A DNA stretch of 38,662 nucleotides from a virus (Duplodnaviria; Heunggongvirae; Uroviricota; Caudoviricetes): IMG/VR virus record IMGVR_UViG_3300042524_000214, positions 1 through 38,662 of that record; one strand, written 5' to 3'. Made by a program: the position numbers and the translations under genes. Position 1 is the stretch's first letter. Each line of letters starts with the position of its first letter. The notes below the pieces were generated by a model that saw nothing but the letters and a program-made list of their open reading frames with translations, was not told the origin of the DNA and ran no database searches. This document shows, one piece after another, positions 24,682-33,281 of the stretch.

Positions 24682-27459
24682 TTAATTTTTATTTACTTCG
24701 GCTATATATCTGTTGTTAGCCATCTCTTTATCTTTCTGGTCTAGCTTTCTAAGCTCTACTTGTAACTGCTTATCCATTAGGGCTAGCTTATTAGCATCTG
24801 TAGAATTTTGTGAGTCTAGTTTATCCTGGTTTAATTGAATATCACTATTGGTCTTCATTTCTTTTAATGCCATATCAGTTTGCTTACTAATATTTTGAAA
24901 AGATGCTTGGTCTGCTTTTTTATCGGCAGCTCTACCTTGTGCTTGAATCTCTTCACGCATAATTCCAGCCTCTCTATCTCTCTGATTTTGGTCAGCATCC
25001 CAAGCCCTTTGTTTATCTGTCTCTTCTGCTGCTCCTTGTATTTGTTTATCTGCTAGTTCTTGTTCATGTTGTCTTTGTGCTTCAACATCTTTCTGTTTTT
25101 CTGTACGCCCTTTTCTTCCAATAGCTACAAGTTCTGTCATAGTATCTGCTGAGAATAACTCTGCATAATCTAATAAGTCATTTCCTAAAGTGTTCATGTT
25201 TAGGAGAGCTTGCTTCATTGTTTCCAATTCTCTTCGTTTCTTAGGGTCATTAACTGGTAATATACCAATTCTTCTAAGAGGAAAATCTGGGTCAGAAAGG
25301 TGCATAAAGTTTTTATCTCCGTCTGATGAAGAAAAAACAAAATCTACATCTAGATATTCTTTTTGACAATATTGAGCAACTGCCAAATGCAATTCCATAG
25401 CTTTTCTTCTTGCAACAGACATATTGTTGAAAATATCAGCTGTTTGCATGTAAGATGCCTCTGTACCTTGCTTAACTCCAGTAGCTGTTTCGTATGCTGT
25501 TGGTTGTCCTAATCTTTGTGGTGTTATACCAATTTGCTCTAAAGCTTTTCTTAAATAATACTCCGAAAGCTCCATTCTACTTTTGATTTGTTTGTCAAAA
25601 GATACGTCTTGTACCATAAAAGTATTCATGCTTTGGTTTGCACCGCCCATGTTTTGTTTTGTGGTATCCAATGGAACTAATCCTATATCCTTAGCGTGGT
25701 CTCTTAATTTTTCAAGAGATTCCTCGATTGTACCGTAGTCTTTATACTCGGAAGGCAAGAAGTTTATATCAAATAGGAAGAACATTCCAATCTCTTTCTC
25801 TAATAGATTAAATATCTGATTTAAGCAAATATTATAACCAATTTGATAAGGTCTAAGTTTTTGTGCTACTGAGTTTGCTATAATACCAGCTATAGGTATT
25901 TTAACATCAAAAATATTTGATTCCCCTCTAATTTGGTATTCAAGGGGTTCTACTCCTAGGTATAAGTTCTCTGTTAAGAAAGAGTTACCGGCATTAATCT
26001 TAATACCTTTCCAGATTTCTGGTGCCCAAAATTCATACATAGTATTCACTTCAAGATTTTTTTGTATATCTTTTAGTGTCTTTGTACTTATTTTTACAAT
26101 ATTATTTTCTTTGATAAATTCTGGTAAAATATCATCTGTTACAATTGCTGTATCTGTGTAGCCTTGCTCTGTCTCGTAATTTAAAAACCACATTCTTTTC
26201 CAGCTTCTCCAGTATGCTTCTGTAACCTGTAATAAATCTTTTCTTACTACAATATCTTCCCTTTGTAAAGAGCTGTATCTATATCCTAGGTGGTTTTGAT
26301 TTTGCATTGGGCTTAACCAGGAAGGTATTCTTTGTTGCCCATCTGGGGTATCCATAAGTACTTCCCCCATAGGAATATCCAATGAGTTCTGTATCTGTAA
26401 TCCCAAATCATAATCGTAAAAATTGTGGAAAGGTATTGTTTGAACTTGTCCAAACATACCGTTATTCATTTCTTGTTTCCAGTTATGTACTGCTGAATCA
26501 TAACCTGCGTTACCTACAGTACCGTAATTTTTATTTATTTTCTTAATCTCATCAGGCTTTAGCAAGTGAGCATATCTCTTAATAATATCTGAAGGTGCTA
26601 TGTAGAAAACTCTACCGGCATACTCCCCGTCTTGAGGGTATTCGGCAATTACATCCCTAGCAAAGAATGTTTCTAAAGGAGACCATCTCTCTGGTTTGTA
26701 GTGGTCGTATCCAATATAGTAATGTCTAAAAAATCTTCCTGTAAGAACATAGTCTTCCATCTCTTGTTTATCCAACTTGTCCATATAGAACCTCTGTTGG
26801 TCTTTTTCGATGACATGTTCTCCCCATTCAGCAGCTTTAGTCTTCCAATCCTTCATCTCTTTTTCGATTTCAGCTGGAGACACTATTTTTGCTTTTTCTT
26901 GCTCTAACATCTGCATATACTGCTGACGTTCTTCCTCAGATTTAAAATCCTGTTTGTTGGTGTCAATGCCGGCTTTCATTAAAGATATTTCTAACTCTTT
27001 GTTAAAAGTTTCTAAAGCATAGTCACGTACTTTTTTAGTTCTTTCACGTAGAAACTCATTCTGTGAAATATCATCTATACAGTCAACTTTAAAGTCATCT
27101 TTTTGTTCTAACCACTCTCCTACTAATTGTCTGGTTATAATACCAATAAAATCATAGTGCTTAACAAATGTAGGTATTCCTACACTGTCTCCTAACTCTC
27201 TTACTCTGTTTAAAACTTGGTTATCTGGTTCGTAATCTGAATAGGCTAGTCTTCCTTCTAACATTTTATATAAGTCTCTAAACTTAATATTATCTGCTAG
27301 TTGGGATATACCTATAGATTCAAGTGCATCCATACACTTTTTTTGCCACTGAGGAGAATCTTTTATAGAATCCTTTACTGTTTGTGTAGGCAATGAGTGT
27401 GTTGTCGAAACCGAAGTTCCGACACCGTTATAAGAAGAGTGTAAGTTATGACCGTCCAT
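24682..27459 (-). CDS. Portal protein (crAss-like)
   Basis: 925 aa directly after terminase. FVKHYDFIGII, RFFRHYY, PYQIGYNI and IGITPQRLGQ motifs, with a long charged C-terminal coiled coil. Confidence 0.88.
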   Translation of the reverse strand: MDGHNLHSSYNGVGTSVSTTHSLPTQTVKDSIKDSPQWQKKCMDALESIGISQLADNIKFRDLYKMLEGRLAYSDYEPDNQVLNRVRELGDSVGIPTFVKHYDFIGIITRQLVGEWLEQKDDFKVDCIDDISQNEFLRERTKKVRDYALETFNKELEISLMKAGIDTNKQDFKSEEERQQYMQMLEQEKAKIVSPAEIEKEMKDWKTKAAEWGEHVIEKDQQRFYMDKLDKQEMEDYVLTGRFFRHYYIGYDHYKPERWSPLETFFARDVIAEYPQDGEYAGRVFYIAPSDIIKRYAHLLKPDEIKKINKNYGTVGNAGYDSAVHNWKQEMNNGMFGQVQTIPFHNFYDYDLGLQIQNSLDIPMGEVLMDTPDGQQRIPSWLSPMQNQNHLGYRYSSLQREDIVVRKDLLQVTEAYWRSWKRMWFLNYETEQGYTDTAIVTDDILPEFIKENNIVKISTKTLKDIQKNLEVNTMYEFWAPEIWKGIKINAGNSFLTENLYLGVEPLEYQIRGESNIFDVKIPIAGIIANSVAQKLRPYQIGYNICLNQIFNLLEKEIGMFFLFDINFLPSEYKDYGTIEESLEKLRDHAKDIGLVPLDTTKQNMGGANQSMNTFMVQDVSFDKQIKSRMELSEYYLRKALEQIGITPQRLGQPTAYETATGVKQGTEASYMQTADIFNNMSVARRKAMELHLAVAQYCQKEYLDVDFVFSSSDGDKNFMHLSDPDFPLRRIGILPVNDPKKRRELETMKQALLNMNTLGNDLLDYAELFSADTMTELVAIGRKGRTEKQKDVEAQRQHEQELADKQIQGAAEETDKQRAWDADQNQRDREAGIMREEIQAQGRAADKKADQASFQNISKQTDMALKEMKTNSDIQLNQDKLDSQNSTDANKLALMDKQLQVELRKLDQKDKEMANNRYIAEVNKN

Positions 27460-27477
27460 ATTTTGTTTTTAAAACCG

Positions 27478-27517
27478 CAAATTTACGAATAAACTAGTTT
27501 ATTACCAAATTAGTTAA
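27478..27517 (-). promoter_or_regulatory. Bacteroidota-type promoter with upstream TTAAC element
   Basis: TTAACTAATTTG, 20-nt spacer, TAAATTTG (27478-27485), upstream of the portal ATG. Confidence 0.8.
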
Positions 27518-27520
27518 ATT

Positions 27521-30280
27521 TTAGAAGTATTTTTTTGTCCTGGTTGAGGCACCATAAAGTCTTTCCGCCATAGTTTTTTCAGGCTTTTTCTTTTGGCTAT
27601 CCTCTTGTTTAGGTCTTCTATTAACAGTGCTTGGCAGCATATAATTGTTGAAAAGATAAAACTCATACCCAAGACATGACATAAAAGATGTCATTCTATC
27701 TACGTTATTGTCTTTCTTAAATGAAATCATCTCATCTAATAATCCAATATCATTTATCATCTGTACTCCAAGTATGGTCTTTTCATTACCTTCCTCGTCT
27801 TTTATTACAAATTCCTGCCTAGCATAGTTTTTAAGCAGCCCAAATAGAAATCTAATATTTTCTGGTGTTGGTGCCCAACCATAACGTCTTTTACCTTGAG
27901 AACGTTGAGTCATGTCAGATTTAAAATCCATAGATTCAACTAACCATAGGTCTGTAGCTCTTTTTCTATCTAAGTACTCTTTGAACCCCATATCGGCATT
28001 CTCCATAAATACTTTGGCATTAAATGCTTGCATTAACAGAAAAATTTGTCTATACAATTTATTATGTGGGTCTGGTCTTGATGCAATAGATGCTACAATT
28101 CTTCCACACCATTTATCCATCCCAATATTAACTTTGTAGATATGAAATGAACCAACAGAGTCTGTTCCAGATTCTTCTTGCTTATAATCATCAAATCCCC
28201 CTACATATAGATAGTCTACTGGTTTTTCACCTGGCAATTCTTCATATAAAACTATCGGTGCATCTACAAATCCTCCTTGATGTGGGTATTCTGCAAGTTC
28301 TTTATTATTTAGTTCATAAAATATCTTTCCGGTACCATCTTGCATTAAGGTAACTCTTTTTCCTGTATCTCCTGATTCTATTAAGAAGTCCTTATGTCTT
28401 TTTGCTTCTAATGCAGGGAAAGGGTTATCTTCAGAAGACATAAAACAATCTTCTGGGTCTAATGGAAACTGTACTCTTTTTTGCTGCTCTAATAATTGAC
28501 CTTTTGAACCACCAATCTTTTTTGCTTCTTCAACTACTCCTTTTAATAACTTACTGTTATTTTCCCAGTTAGTTGTGTGTATCATTATCTTATCCAACTC
28601 ATCCGCATCTTCTAAATCTAAGAATCTAGAAAAAGCTTGTTGTTTTTTGATAAAGCCTTCCTCGTATGCCATCTGTCCTGGGAAAAAAGTTGCAAATTTC
28701 CTTCTCTTCCATGTAATAAATTCTGGGTCTATTTTATTTTCTAATAAGTCCCAATCCATAGGAAGTAAATCATAAGCTTCAGGATTTGATAGTACATCAA
28801 TAGCATCCTTTGATAAATCAGCTTCTCCACCGGTTCCTGCTAGTACTGTAATACATTTAAAACCGTATGGTGTCTTAAACGATGGCAATGCGGCAAGATA
28901 AGGTTTTAAGAAGGCATACTTACCTATCTCATCATAAATAGACACTGACGGAGCTAAACCGGCTGTCTTTTGTGTCTTTGATTTTGCTCCAGACTCTAAA
29001 TTCTGCACGATAAGTGTTGAAAATATAATCGGGTTTGAAGCATCTTCTTTTATTCCAAATGTTGTCTCCCCATTATCCCACTCTTGCTTTAAAATATCAA
29101 TCTGCAATGGCTTATCAATGTAAGTCATAGAAGTCTTAATCTTACTAGTCAAAGCATTAATATCGGAAGAGCTACCTCCAATAACTGAACCAAAGGAGTT
29201 GAACTTTGTTATCGTTCTCCAGTGAGCTAATGATGCTAATATTACAGATTTACCAAAACGTCTAGTGCCATACATTAATAGAGCTTTTGAGTAGAAATTT
29301 GCATTATCTTTATTGATACAACTAACTAAGTTTTCTGCAAAAAACCATTCGTTATCCCTCAAGTCTGGCTGAATATTTGGTTCACTACCGTCTATTTGTG
29401 GGATAGGTGTTCTAAAAAAGTTGAGGTGAAAATATAACCAAGGGTGCATAAAATACCCATTTATGTTAACCCCATGTTTTATTTTATTTAACTCTTCTGA
29501 CCAGAATTGTATTGCTACTGGGTCTTGGTCAAAAAAATGTTTATTTGGATTCCATTTAGGTATGTCTCTTGGGTTCATATTTATGAACATCTCTTTCGAT
29601 GTTCTTAGTGACCAATCAACCGGTATCCTATCTACTATTTCTTTTACGTCTTCCCTTACTAAACATAAAGGCTCTCTCATTAGTAAAGATGCCTTTTTCT
29701 TATTAAAGAATTCAATATTAGCCCCGTCTAACTCATTGTTGATATTTAGTTTAGCTAATTTTTCCTGTATTTTTATTTTCTCATTAAAGACTAAATCTTG
29801 AAATACAATCTCATAAGATTTATACTCTACTTCATCTTCTGTATCAACTTCTTGTGTCAAAACATCCATGTTGTATTTTAAATAATCATCACACTTTTTT
29901 AAATGTAAGTCGATTATTTCAACTGTTTCATCTATAAAGCTTTGTCTTTTTTCTAAACCACGGTCTCCTTCTGATTCAGATATAAACACAGAAAGCCTAC
30001 CAAGTATAGACGTGGTAAGCTCGTTTTCCTGTTTAAATAAAGCCTCTTTAGTTTTTTTAGAGGATTCGACAAAAGAGCGTATTTCTTTTTCAAGTTTTTC
30101 TAGCTCTTTTCCCTTTTGTTTTGGGTCTGAGGTTTCTATTGATGCTACCTGAGTAGCAAAGCTTTTTAAACCTTTTTCGTGTCTTGTATTATCATTCCAA
30201 TAGTTACTTTCAATAACTTTATGGTTCCTCTTAAAGTACTCACGATGGCTTTTTATAAAACTATCAATGTACTCTGACAT
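27521..30280 (-). CDS. terL: Terminase large subunit with long N-terminal helical extension
   Basis: 919 aa. Walker A-like YGTRRFGKS, Walker B SIYDEIGK, coupling motif GTGG, nuclease acidic motifs YVGGFDDY and NVDR. Confidence 0.92.
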   Translation of the reverse strand: MSEYIDSFIKSHREYFKRNHKVIESNYWNDNTRHEKGLKSFATQVASIETSDPKQKGKELEKLEKEIRSFVESSKKTKEALFKQENELTTSILGRLSVFISESEGDRGLEKRQSFIDETVEIIDLHLKKCDDYLKYNMDVLTQEVDTEDEVEYKSYEIVFQDLVFNEKIKIQEKLAKLNINNELDGANIEFFNKKKASLLMREPLCLVREDVKEIVDRIPVDWSLRTSKEMFINMNPRDIPKWNPNKHFFDQDPVAIQFWSEELNKIKHGVNINGYFMHPWLYFHLNFFRTPIPQIDGSEPNIQPDLRDNEWFFAENLVSCINKDNANFYSKALLMYGTRRFGKSVILASLAHWRTITKFNSFGSVIGGSSSDINALTSKIKTSMTYIDKPLQIDILKQEWDNGETTFGIKEDASNPIIFSTLIVQNLESGAKSKTQKTAGLAPSVSIYDEIGKYAFLKPYLAALPSFKTPYGFKCITVLAGTGGEADLSKDAIDVLSNPEAYDLLPMDWDLLENKIDPEFITWKRRKFATFFPGQMAYEEGFIKKQQAFSRFLDLEDADELDKIMIHTTNWENNSKLLKGVVEEAKKIGGSKGQLLEQQKRVQFPLDPEDCFMSSEDNPFPALEAKRHKDFLIESGDTGKRVTLMQDGTGKIFYELNNKELAEYPHQGGFVDAPIVLYEELPGEKPVDYLYVGGFDDYKQEESGTDSVGSFHIYKVNIGMDKWCGRIVASIASRPDPHNKLYRQIFLLMQAFNAKVFMENADMGFKEYLDRKRATDLWLVESMDFKSDMTQRSQGKRRYGWAPTPENIRFLFGLLKNYARQEFVIKDEEGNEKTILGVQMINDIGLLDEMISFKKDNNVDRMTSFMSCLGYEFYLFNNYMLPSTVNRRPKQEDSQKKKPEKTMAERLYGASTRTKKYF

Positions 30281-30717
30281 TACTTAGTTACTTGTTCTAG
30301 CATACCTTTAAAGAAATCGCTTTCAACAAAATCTTTTCTGGCTTTATCTAAAACACCTAATTCAGTTTCTACTAATTCCCCTTTCTCTAAAACAAACACC
30401 TTTTTTGGAGACCAGGTTTTCATTTCTTTATAGAAAGTTGTTATTTCTTCATTTAAAGGTTCTTTAGAGAACTCCAAATATGTTTCAATATTTGTAACTA
30501 ACCTAAAAAACATAATTTGTAAATCCTTGTTATACAAGATAGCATCTACATAAATGTGTAATAATACATCTCTTACTTCATCTACATTTTTATCTTTAAT
30601 AATATCTTTTACAGAAGTTTTCTTTTCTGTAATAGCTTTATTTTTTTCTTTTACTACTTCATCAAACTCTTTGTACTCTTTGTACAAACTAATGATTTTT
30701 TCTTCTAGTTGTTTCAT
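30280..30717 (-). CDS. Hypothetical helical protein (possible packaging accessory)
   Basis: 145 aa, charged. TAATG-coupled to terL. Confidence 0.6.
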   Translation of the reverse strand: MKQLEEKIISLYKEYKEFDEVVKEKNKAITEKKTSVKDIIKDKNVDEVRDVLLHIYVDAILYNKDLQIMFFRLVTNIETYLEFSKEPLNEEITTFYKEMKTWSPKKVFVLEKGELVETELGVLDKARKDFVESDFFKGMLEQVTK

Positions 30718-30718
30718 A

Positions 30719-30913
30719 TTAGTTTTCTTTTTCTTGTATTTTTGCTTTTTCTATTGCAGAGAAAATCTCTTCATCAGAAAGTATTAATAAGTCTGAAATT
30801 TTTTTAGCTCCGGTTAATCTTATTGCACTATAAAGTATTTCTCCAAGACTATACTCTGGAAACTCTTTTGCAAAATTTGGTAATTCTCTAAGTGCGTTAT
30901 TTTTAAAGTTCAT
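30719..30913 (-). CDS. Hypothetical protein
   Basis: 64 aa. TAATG-coupled to the upstream gene. EYSLGEILYSAIR motif. Confidence 0.6.
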   Translation of the reverse strand: MNFKNNALRELPNFAKEFPEYSLGEILYSAIRLTGAKKISDLLILSDEEIFSAIEKAKIQEKEN

Positions 30914-31233
30914 TATTCTACTATTGTTCCTTTTAAATGGAAAGTTATTAATTTTTGTTCGTTTTTGTTATCTACTACTCTTTCTAATACTACTTGCGAT
31001 ATTACTCCAATTTTTTGGTTGTCGTACTCTATTGTAAGTGTGAAGCCGCCCTCTGGCAAAAGTGCTATTGTTGGCATTGTGCATCCACAACTTTTTGTAA
31101 CAGATAAGTGGTTAACCTCACTAAAGTTTATTACTGCTTTTGTATCGGAGCCTTTTTTTATTGTTCCGTAATTAATGTCGTAGTTTTCGTTTTCTACGTT
31201 TTGTACTAATTTGAATCTGCTTTCTATTTTCAT
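30913..31233 (-). CDS. DUF1573-like Ig-fold protein
   Basis: 106 aa. INYGTI...VTKSCGCTMP...LTIEYD matches the DUF1573 SCGCT signature. No signal peptide visible. Confidence 0.65.
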   Translation of the reverse strand: MKIESRFKLVQNVENENYDINYGTIKKGSDTKAVINFSEVNHLSVTKSCGCTMPTIALLPEGGFTLTIEYDNQKIGVISQVVLERVVDNKNEQKLITFHLKGTIVE

Positions 31234-31239
31234 TTTTTA

Positions 31240-31551
31240 TTATTTTATATTATCCCATTTTTTTAGTGGGCACATATTTTCTGGGTCTTTCTGAGAACTT
31301 TTAAAAATTAGGTTACACCCACAAGAAGTGCATATTGAATCATCATCTACACTAACATTCATAATAAAGTTTAGCATTTTGTTTAACCTCATTTTTAATG
31401 TATCCATTAAAGATAATTGCTCTTTATTGTCAGAATTTAATGGACAATCTTTACAAATAGCTAACCTTTTTTTCTGTAGGGTGGTTAATACTCCTTTGTG
31501 TTCTCTTCTACTTTTTATAGCTAAATGTGCCTTTTTAAAAATACTGCTCAT
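31240..31551 (-). CDS. Small Cys-rich putative Zn-binding protein
   Basis: 103 aa. RLAICKDCP...CTSCGC...K...CPLKKW pattern of small phage metal-binding proteins. Confidence 0.65.
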   Translation of the reverse strand: MSSIFKKAHLAIKSRREHKGVLTTLQKKRLAICKDCPLNSDNKEQLSLMDTLKMRLNKMLNFIMNVSVDDDSICTSCGCNLIFKSSQKDPENMCPLKKWDNIK

Positions 31552-31996
31552 GGTCTTTGTTATGTTTATCTTCTAATATTTTCCAGTTTTTGTAAAATGT
31601 ATTTATAATATTCCTGGGAGTTTTGTTAAGTAAATTATAAGTCAATGTACTTACAATAGGCTTGTTAAAATTTTTTAATTTATTTCCATTTTTTACTATC
31701 AGCATACTGTAAAGATAATTGACTCTATCTTTAAGGTCTTCTTTTAGTTTATTATTATTTGTTCTGGCTATAGAACAACCACCAAGATAGTAATTGAATA
31801 ACATTTTCCCAAAATTAGGGAAACTTACTACTACAATTTTCTCATCTTCAGATATTGATTTTTTTAAATAAGAAATGTTTTGTTTTATAATGTCCGCCAA
31901 AAGTACTTTGTCTTTACCCGTTTTGGCTACCAATTCCTCAAGAATATCATCAGTGAAATATATTGCTTTACTTGTCTTTTTGAAAAAGTAGGACAT
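31535..31996 (-). CDS. HU/IHF-like DNA-binding protein
   Basis: ILEELVAKTG...IIKQ...LKKSI...VSFPNFGK is an HU-like signature. The ATG at 31996 is preferred to the TTG at 32020. Confidence 0.55.
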   Translation of the reverse strand: MSYFFKKTSKAIYFTDDILEELVAKTGKDKVLLADIIKQNISYLKKSISEDEKIVVVSFPNFGKMLFNYYLGGCSIARTNNNKLKEDLKDRVNYLYSMLIVKNGNKLKNFNKPIVSTLTYNLLNKTPRNIINTFYKNWKILEDKHNKDHEQYF

Positions 31997-32327
31997 AGAC
32001 TTCTTTTTTATTTGTAACAAAACTTTCTCGTATACTATTCATATCTGGGGAAAGTATGCTCATTCTTAAATTATTTGGGTGATTTTTTAAATAGCCTTTA
32101 TCTCTTAAATGTACATCTGCAACCCTAATATCCCCATCTTTTTTTCCAGTATCCTCTTTTATAAACTCTTTTGTTTCTTTGTTGTAACCATTTCTGATAT
32201 AATATATTAAAATCAATCTTTCAAAATTTCTCAAGGGTTTATCCTGAGATATTGAGTAAACTCTTAGTATCTTATCAATAAGGTCTATTTCGTTTTTATA
32301 ACTATTTCTTAATGTTGGAAAATTCAC
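31968..32327 (-). CDS. Putative winged-helix DNA-binding protein
   Basis: 119 aa, GTG start. LRNFERLILIYYI...IRVADVHLRDKGYL resembles wHTH proteins found upstream of crAss terminase. Confidence 0.5.
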   Translation of the reverse strand: MNFPTLRNSYKNEIDLIDKILRVYSISQDKPLRNFERLILIYYIRNGYNKETKEFIKEDTGKKDGDIRVADVHLRDKGYLKNHPNNLRMSILSPDMNSIRESFVTNKKEVYVLLFQKDK

Positions 32328-32343
32328 GCTTATAATTTTTCTG

Positions 32344-32383
32344 CAAAGTTATAAACAATTTTTGAATAATCCTAATAAATTAA
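32344..32383 (-). promoter_or_regulatory. Bacteroidota-type promoter
   Basis: TAACTTTG at 32344-32351, TTAG at the -33 position, TTAA 32 nt upstream of the -7 box. Confidence 0.65.
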
Positions 32384-32395
32384 CAAATATTTAAC

Positions 32396-32680
32396 TTAAT
32401 ATTTATCCTGTATCTCTGAGATATTGTTTGTACCTGGTTGAAACCTAAACGTATGGAAGAAAAAAGATTCCACCATTCTTGAAATTAATCTTATCGTTAG
32501 ACAATTGTGCATTTGATATAATCTATACATATCAAATGTTAAGTTACTTACGAAATCTTCGTATTCGTCTAAGTAAGAAGTTGACACTATCTTTTCGGAA
32601 ACATCTTCCCAAACTAAATCGTAGAATTCCTCGTATGTTAATTCCTGGAACTCGTTGTATGAATAATCTTTTGTTGACAT
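32396..32680 (-). CDS. Small acidic hypothetical protein
   Basis: MSTKDYSYNEF... (94 aa). The track's longer start at 32770 runs through promoter sequence. Confidence 0.65.
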   Translation of the reverse strand: MSTKDYSYNEFQELTYEEFYDLVWEDVSEKIVSTSYLDEYEDFVSNLTFDMYRLYQMHNCLTIRLISRMVESFFFHTFRFQPGTNNISEIQDKY

Positions 32681-32705
32681 TTTTAAATATTTTTGGTTTA
32701 TGGTG

Positions 32706-32745
32706 CAAAGATACAAAATGCTTTTGATATTTCCAAAAATGTTAA
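32706..32745 (-). promoter_or_regulatory. Bacteroidota-type promoter with upstream TTAAC element
   Basis: TTAACATTTTTG, 20-nt spacer, TATCTTTG (32706-32713). Confidence 0.8.
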
Positions 32746-32753
32746 ATAAATAG

Positions 32754-32793
32754 TTAACTAATTTGGACATTTAAAATATTATATTTAATTTTG
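32754..32793 (+). promoter_or_regulatory. Rightward Bacteroidota-type promoter 1 (TTAAC class)
   Basis: TTAACTAATTTG, 20-nt spacer, TAATTTTG (32786-32793). Confidence 0.75.
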
Positions 32794-32813
32794 CAAAAAT
32801 ATTTTATAAAAAG

Positions 32814-32845
32814 CTTGCAGAATTAAAATATTATTTGTAATTTTG
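32814..32845 (+). promoter_or_regulatory. Rightward Bacteroidota-type promoter 2
   Basis: CTTG, 20-nt spacer, TAATTTTG (32838-32845). Confidence 0.7.
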
Positions 32846-32851
32846 CATTTT

Positions 32852-33140
32852 TAAATCATAAAATGGCGTGGGGCTACCTGAAAAGGTTCACGTTGCGGTG
32901 TAAAAACCTAAGCTAAATGGAAGAGGACATCATTTTTTGATGGAGACCGCCAGAGCATGGCTGTTTTAGGTTTCAGCCAAAGTTATACAAGTAGGTGTTC
33001 TAAAAACATAATGTCATCGAATAAGCAATAGGTCTTTCAATAACAAAACAAAAAATCTACAGTTGGTCTAATGGATTAGGTGTTTTTCCGCAACTGGTTT
33101 CCTTTCCTCTCTTTTAAAGAGGGGGAGGGGGGTGTTTTAT
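32852..33140 (+). ncRNA. Candidate structured ncRNA with pseudoknot (~290 nt)
   Basis: Lies between tandem promoters and a terminator, with no ORF over 24 codons. ACCT-GAAA-AGGT hairpin; GCGGT/ACCGC stem; GGCTG/CAGCC hairpin whose loop TTTAGGTTT is complementary to AAACCTAAG; CAGTTG/CAACTG stem. Confidence 0.6.
33098..33140 (+). terminator. Probable rho-independent terminator
   Basis: Pyrimidine arm TTTCCTTTCCTCTCTT pairs with AAGAGGGGGAGGGGGG (G-U pairs work only on the plus strand), followed by TGTTTTAT. Confidence 0.6.
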
Positions 33141-33233
33141 CCTTGTTTGTGTGTAGAGCAGTTGCAACTACTAGTAAGGGTATCAAACTGCCTAACCATA
33201 ATGTTAAATATTTATTAAATATTATGCTAATTA

Positions 33234-33265
33234 CTTGTGTATGTGAAACATAATTTGTACCTTTG
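33234..33265 (+). promoter_or_regulatory. Bacteroidota-type promoter of helicase
   Basis: CTTG, 20-nt spacer, TACCTTTG (33258-33265), 16 nt before the ATG. Confidence 0.75.
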
Positions 33266-33281
33266 CTTAAAATATTAAGAT

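Noticed and set aside
144-31576. Plus-strand ORFs antisense to the structural module (e.g. 144..389, 3403..3585, 4457..4738, 5820..6056, 7486..7752, 12885..13154, 16659..17057, 24328..24624, 27912..29801, 30554..31576)
   Set aside because: Shadow ORFs opposite well-supported minus-strand genes. They show hydrophobic/Ser-Phe-rich antisense composition and no promoters or motifs.
32895-32979. Resemblance to pistol ribozyme (CCUAAGC strand pairing with a UUAGG loop)
   Set aside because: The loop hairpin lies 3' rather than 5' of the P2/P3 core, the A-rich linker and the G-GU cleavage junction are absent, and there are 13 extra nt before the inner hairpin. Kept only as an unclassified pseudoknot.
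33119-33132. G-rich run GAGGGGGAGGGGGG as a G-quadruplex or homopolymer phase-variation tract
   Set aside because: It has only two G-runs and is fully accounted for as the 3' arm of a terminator hairpin. It is not in a coding frame.
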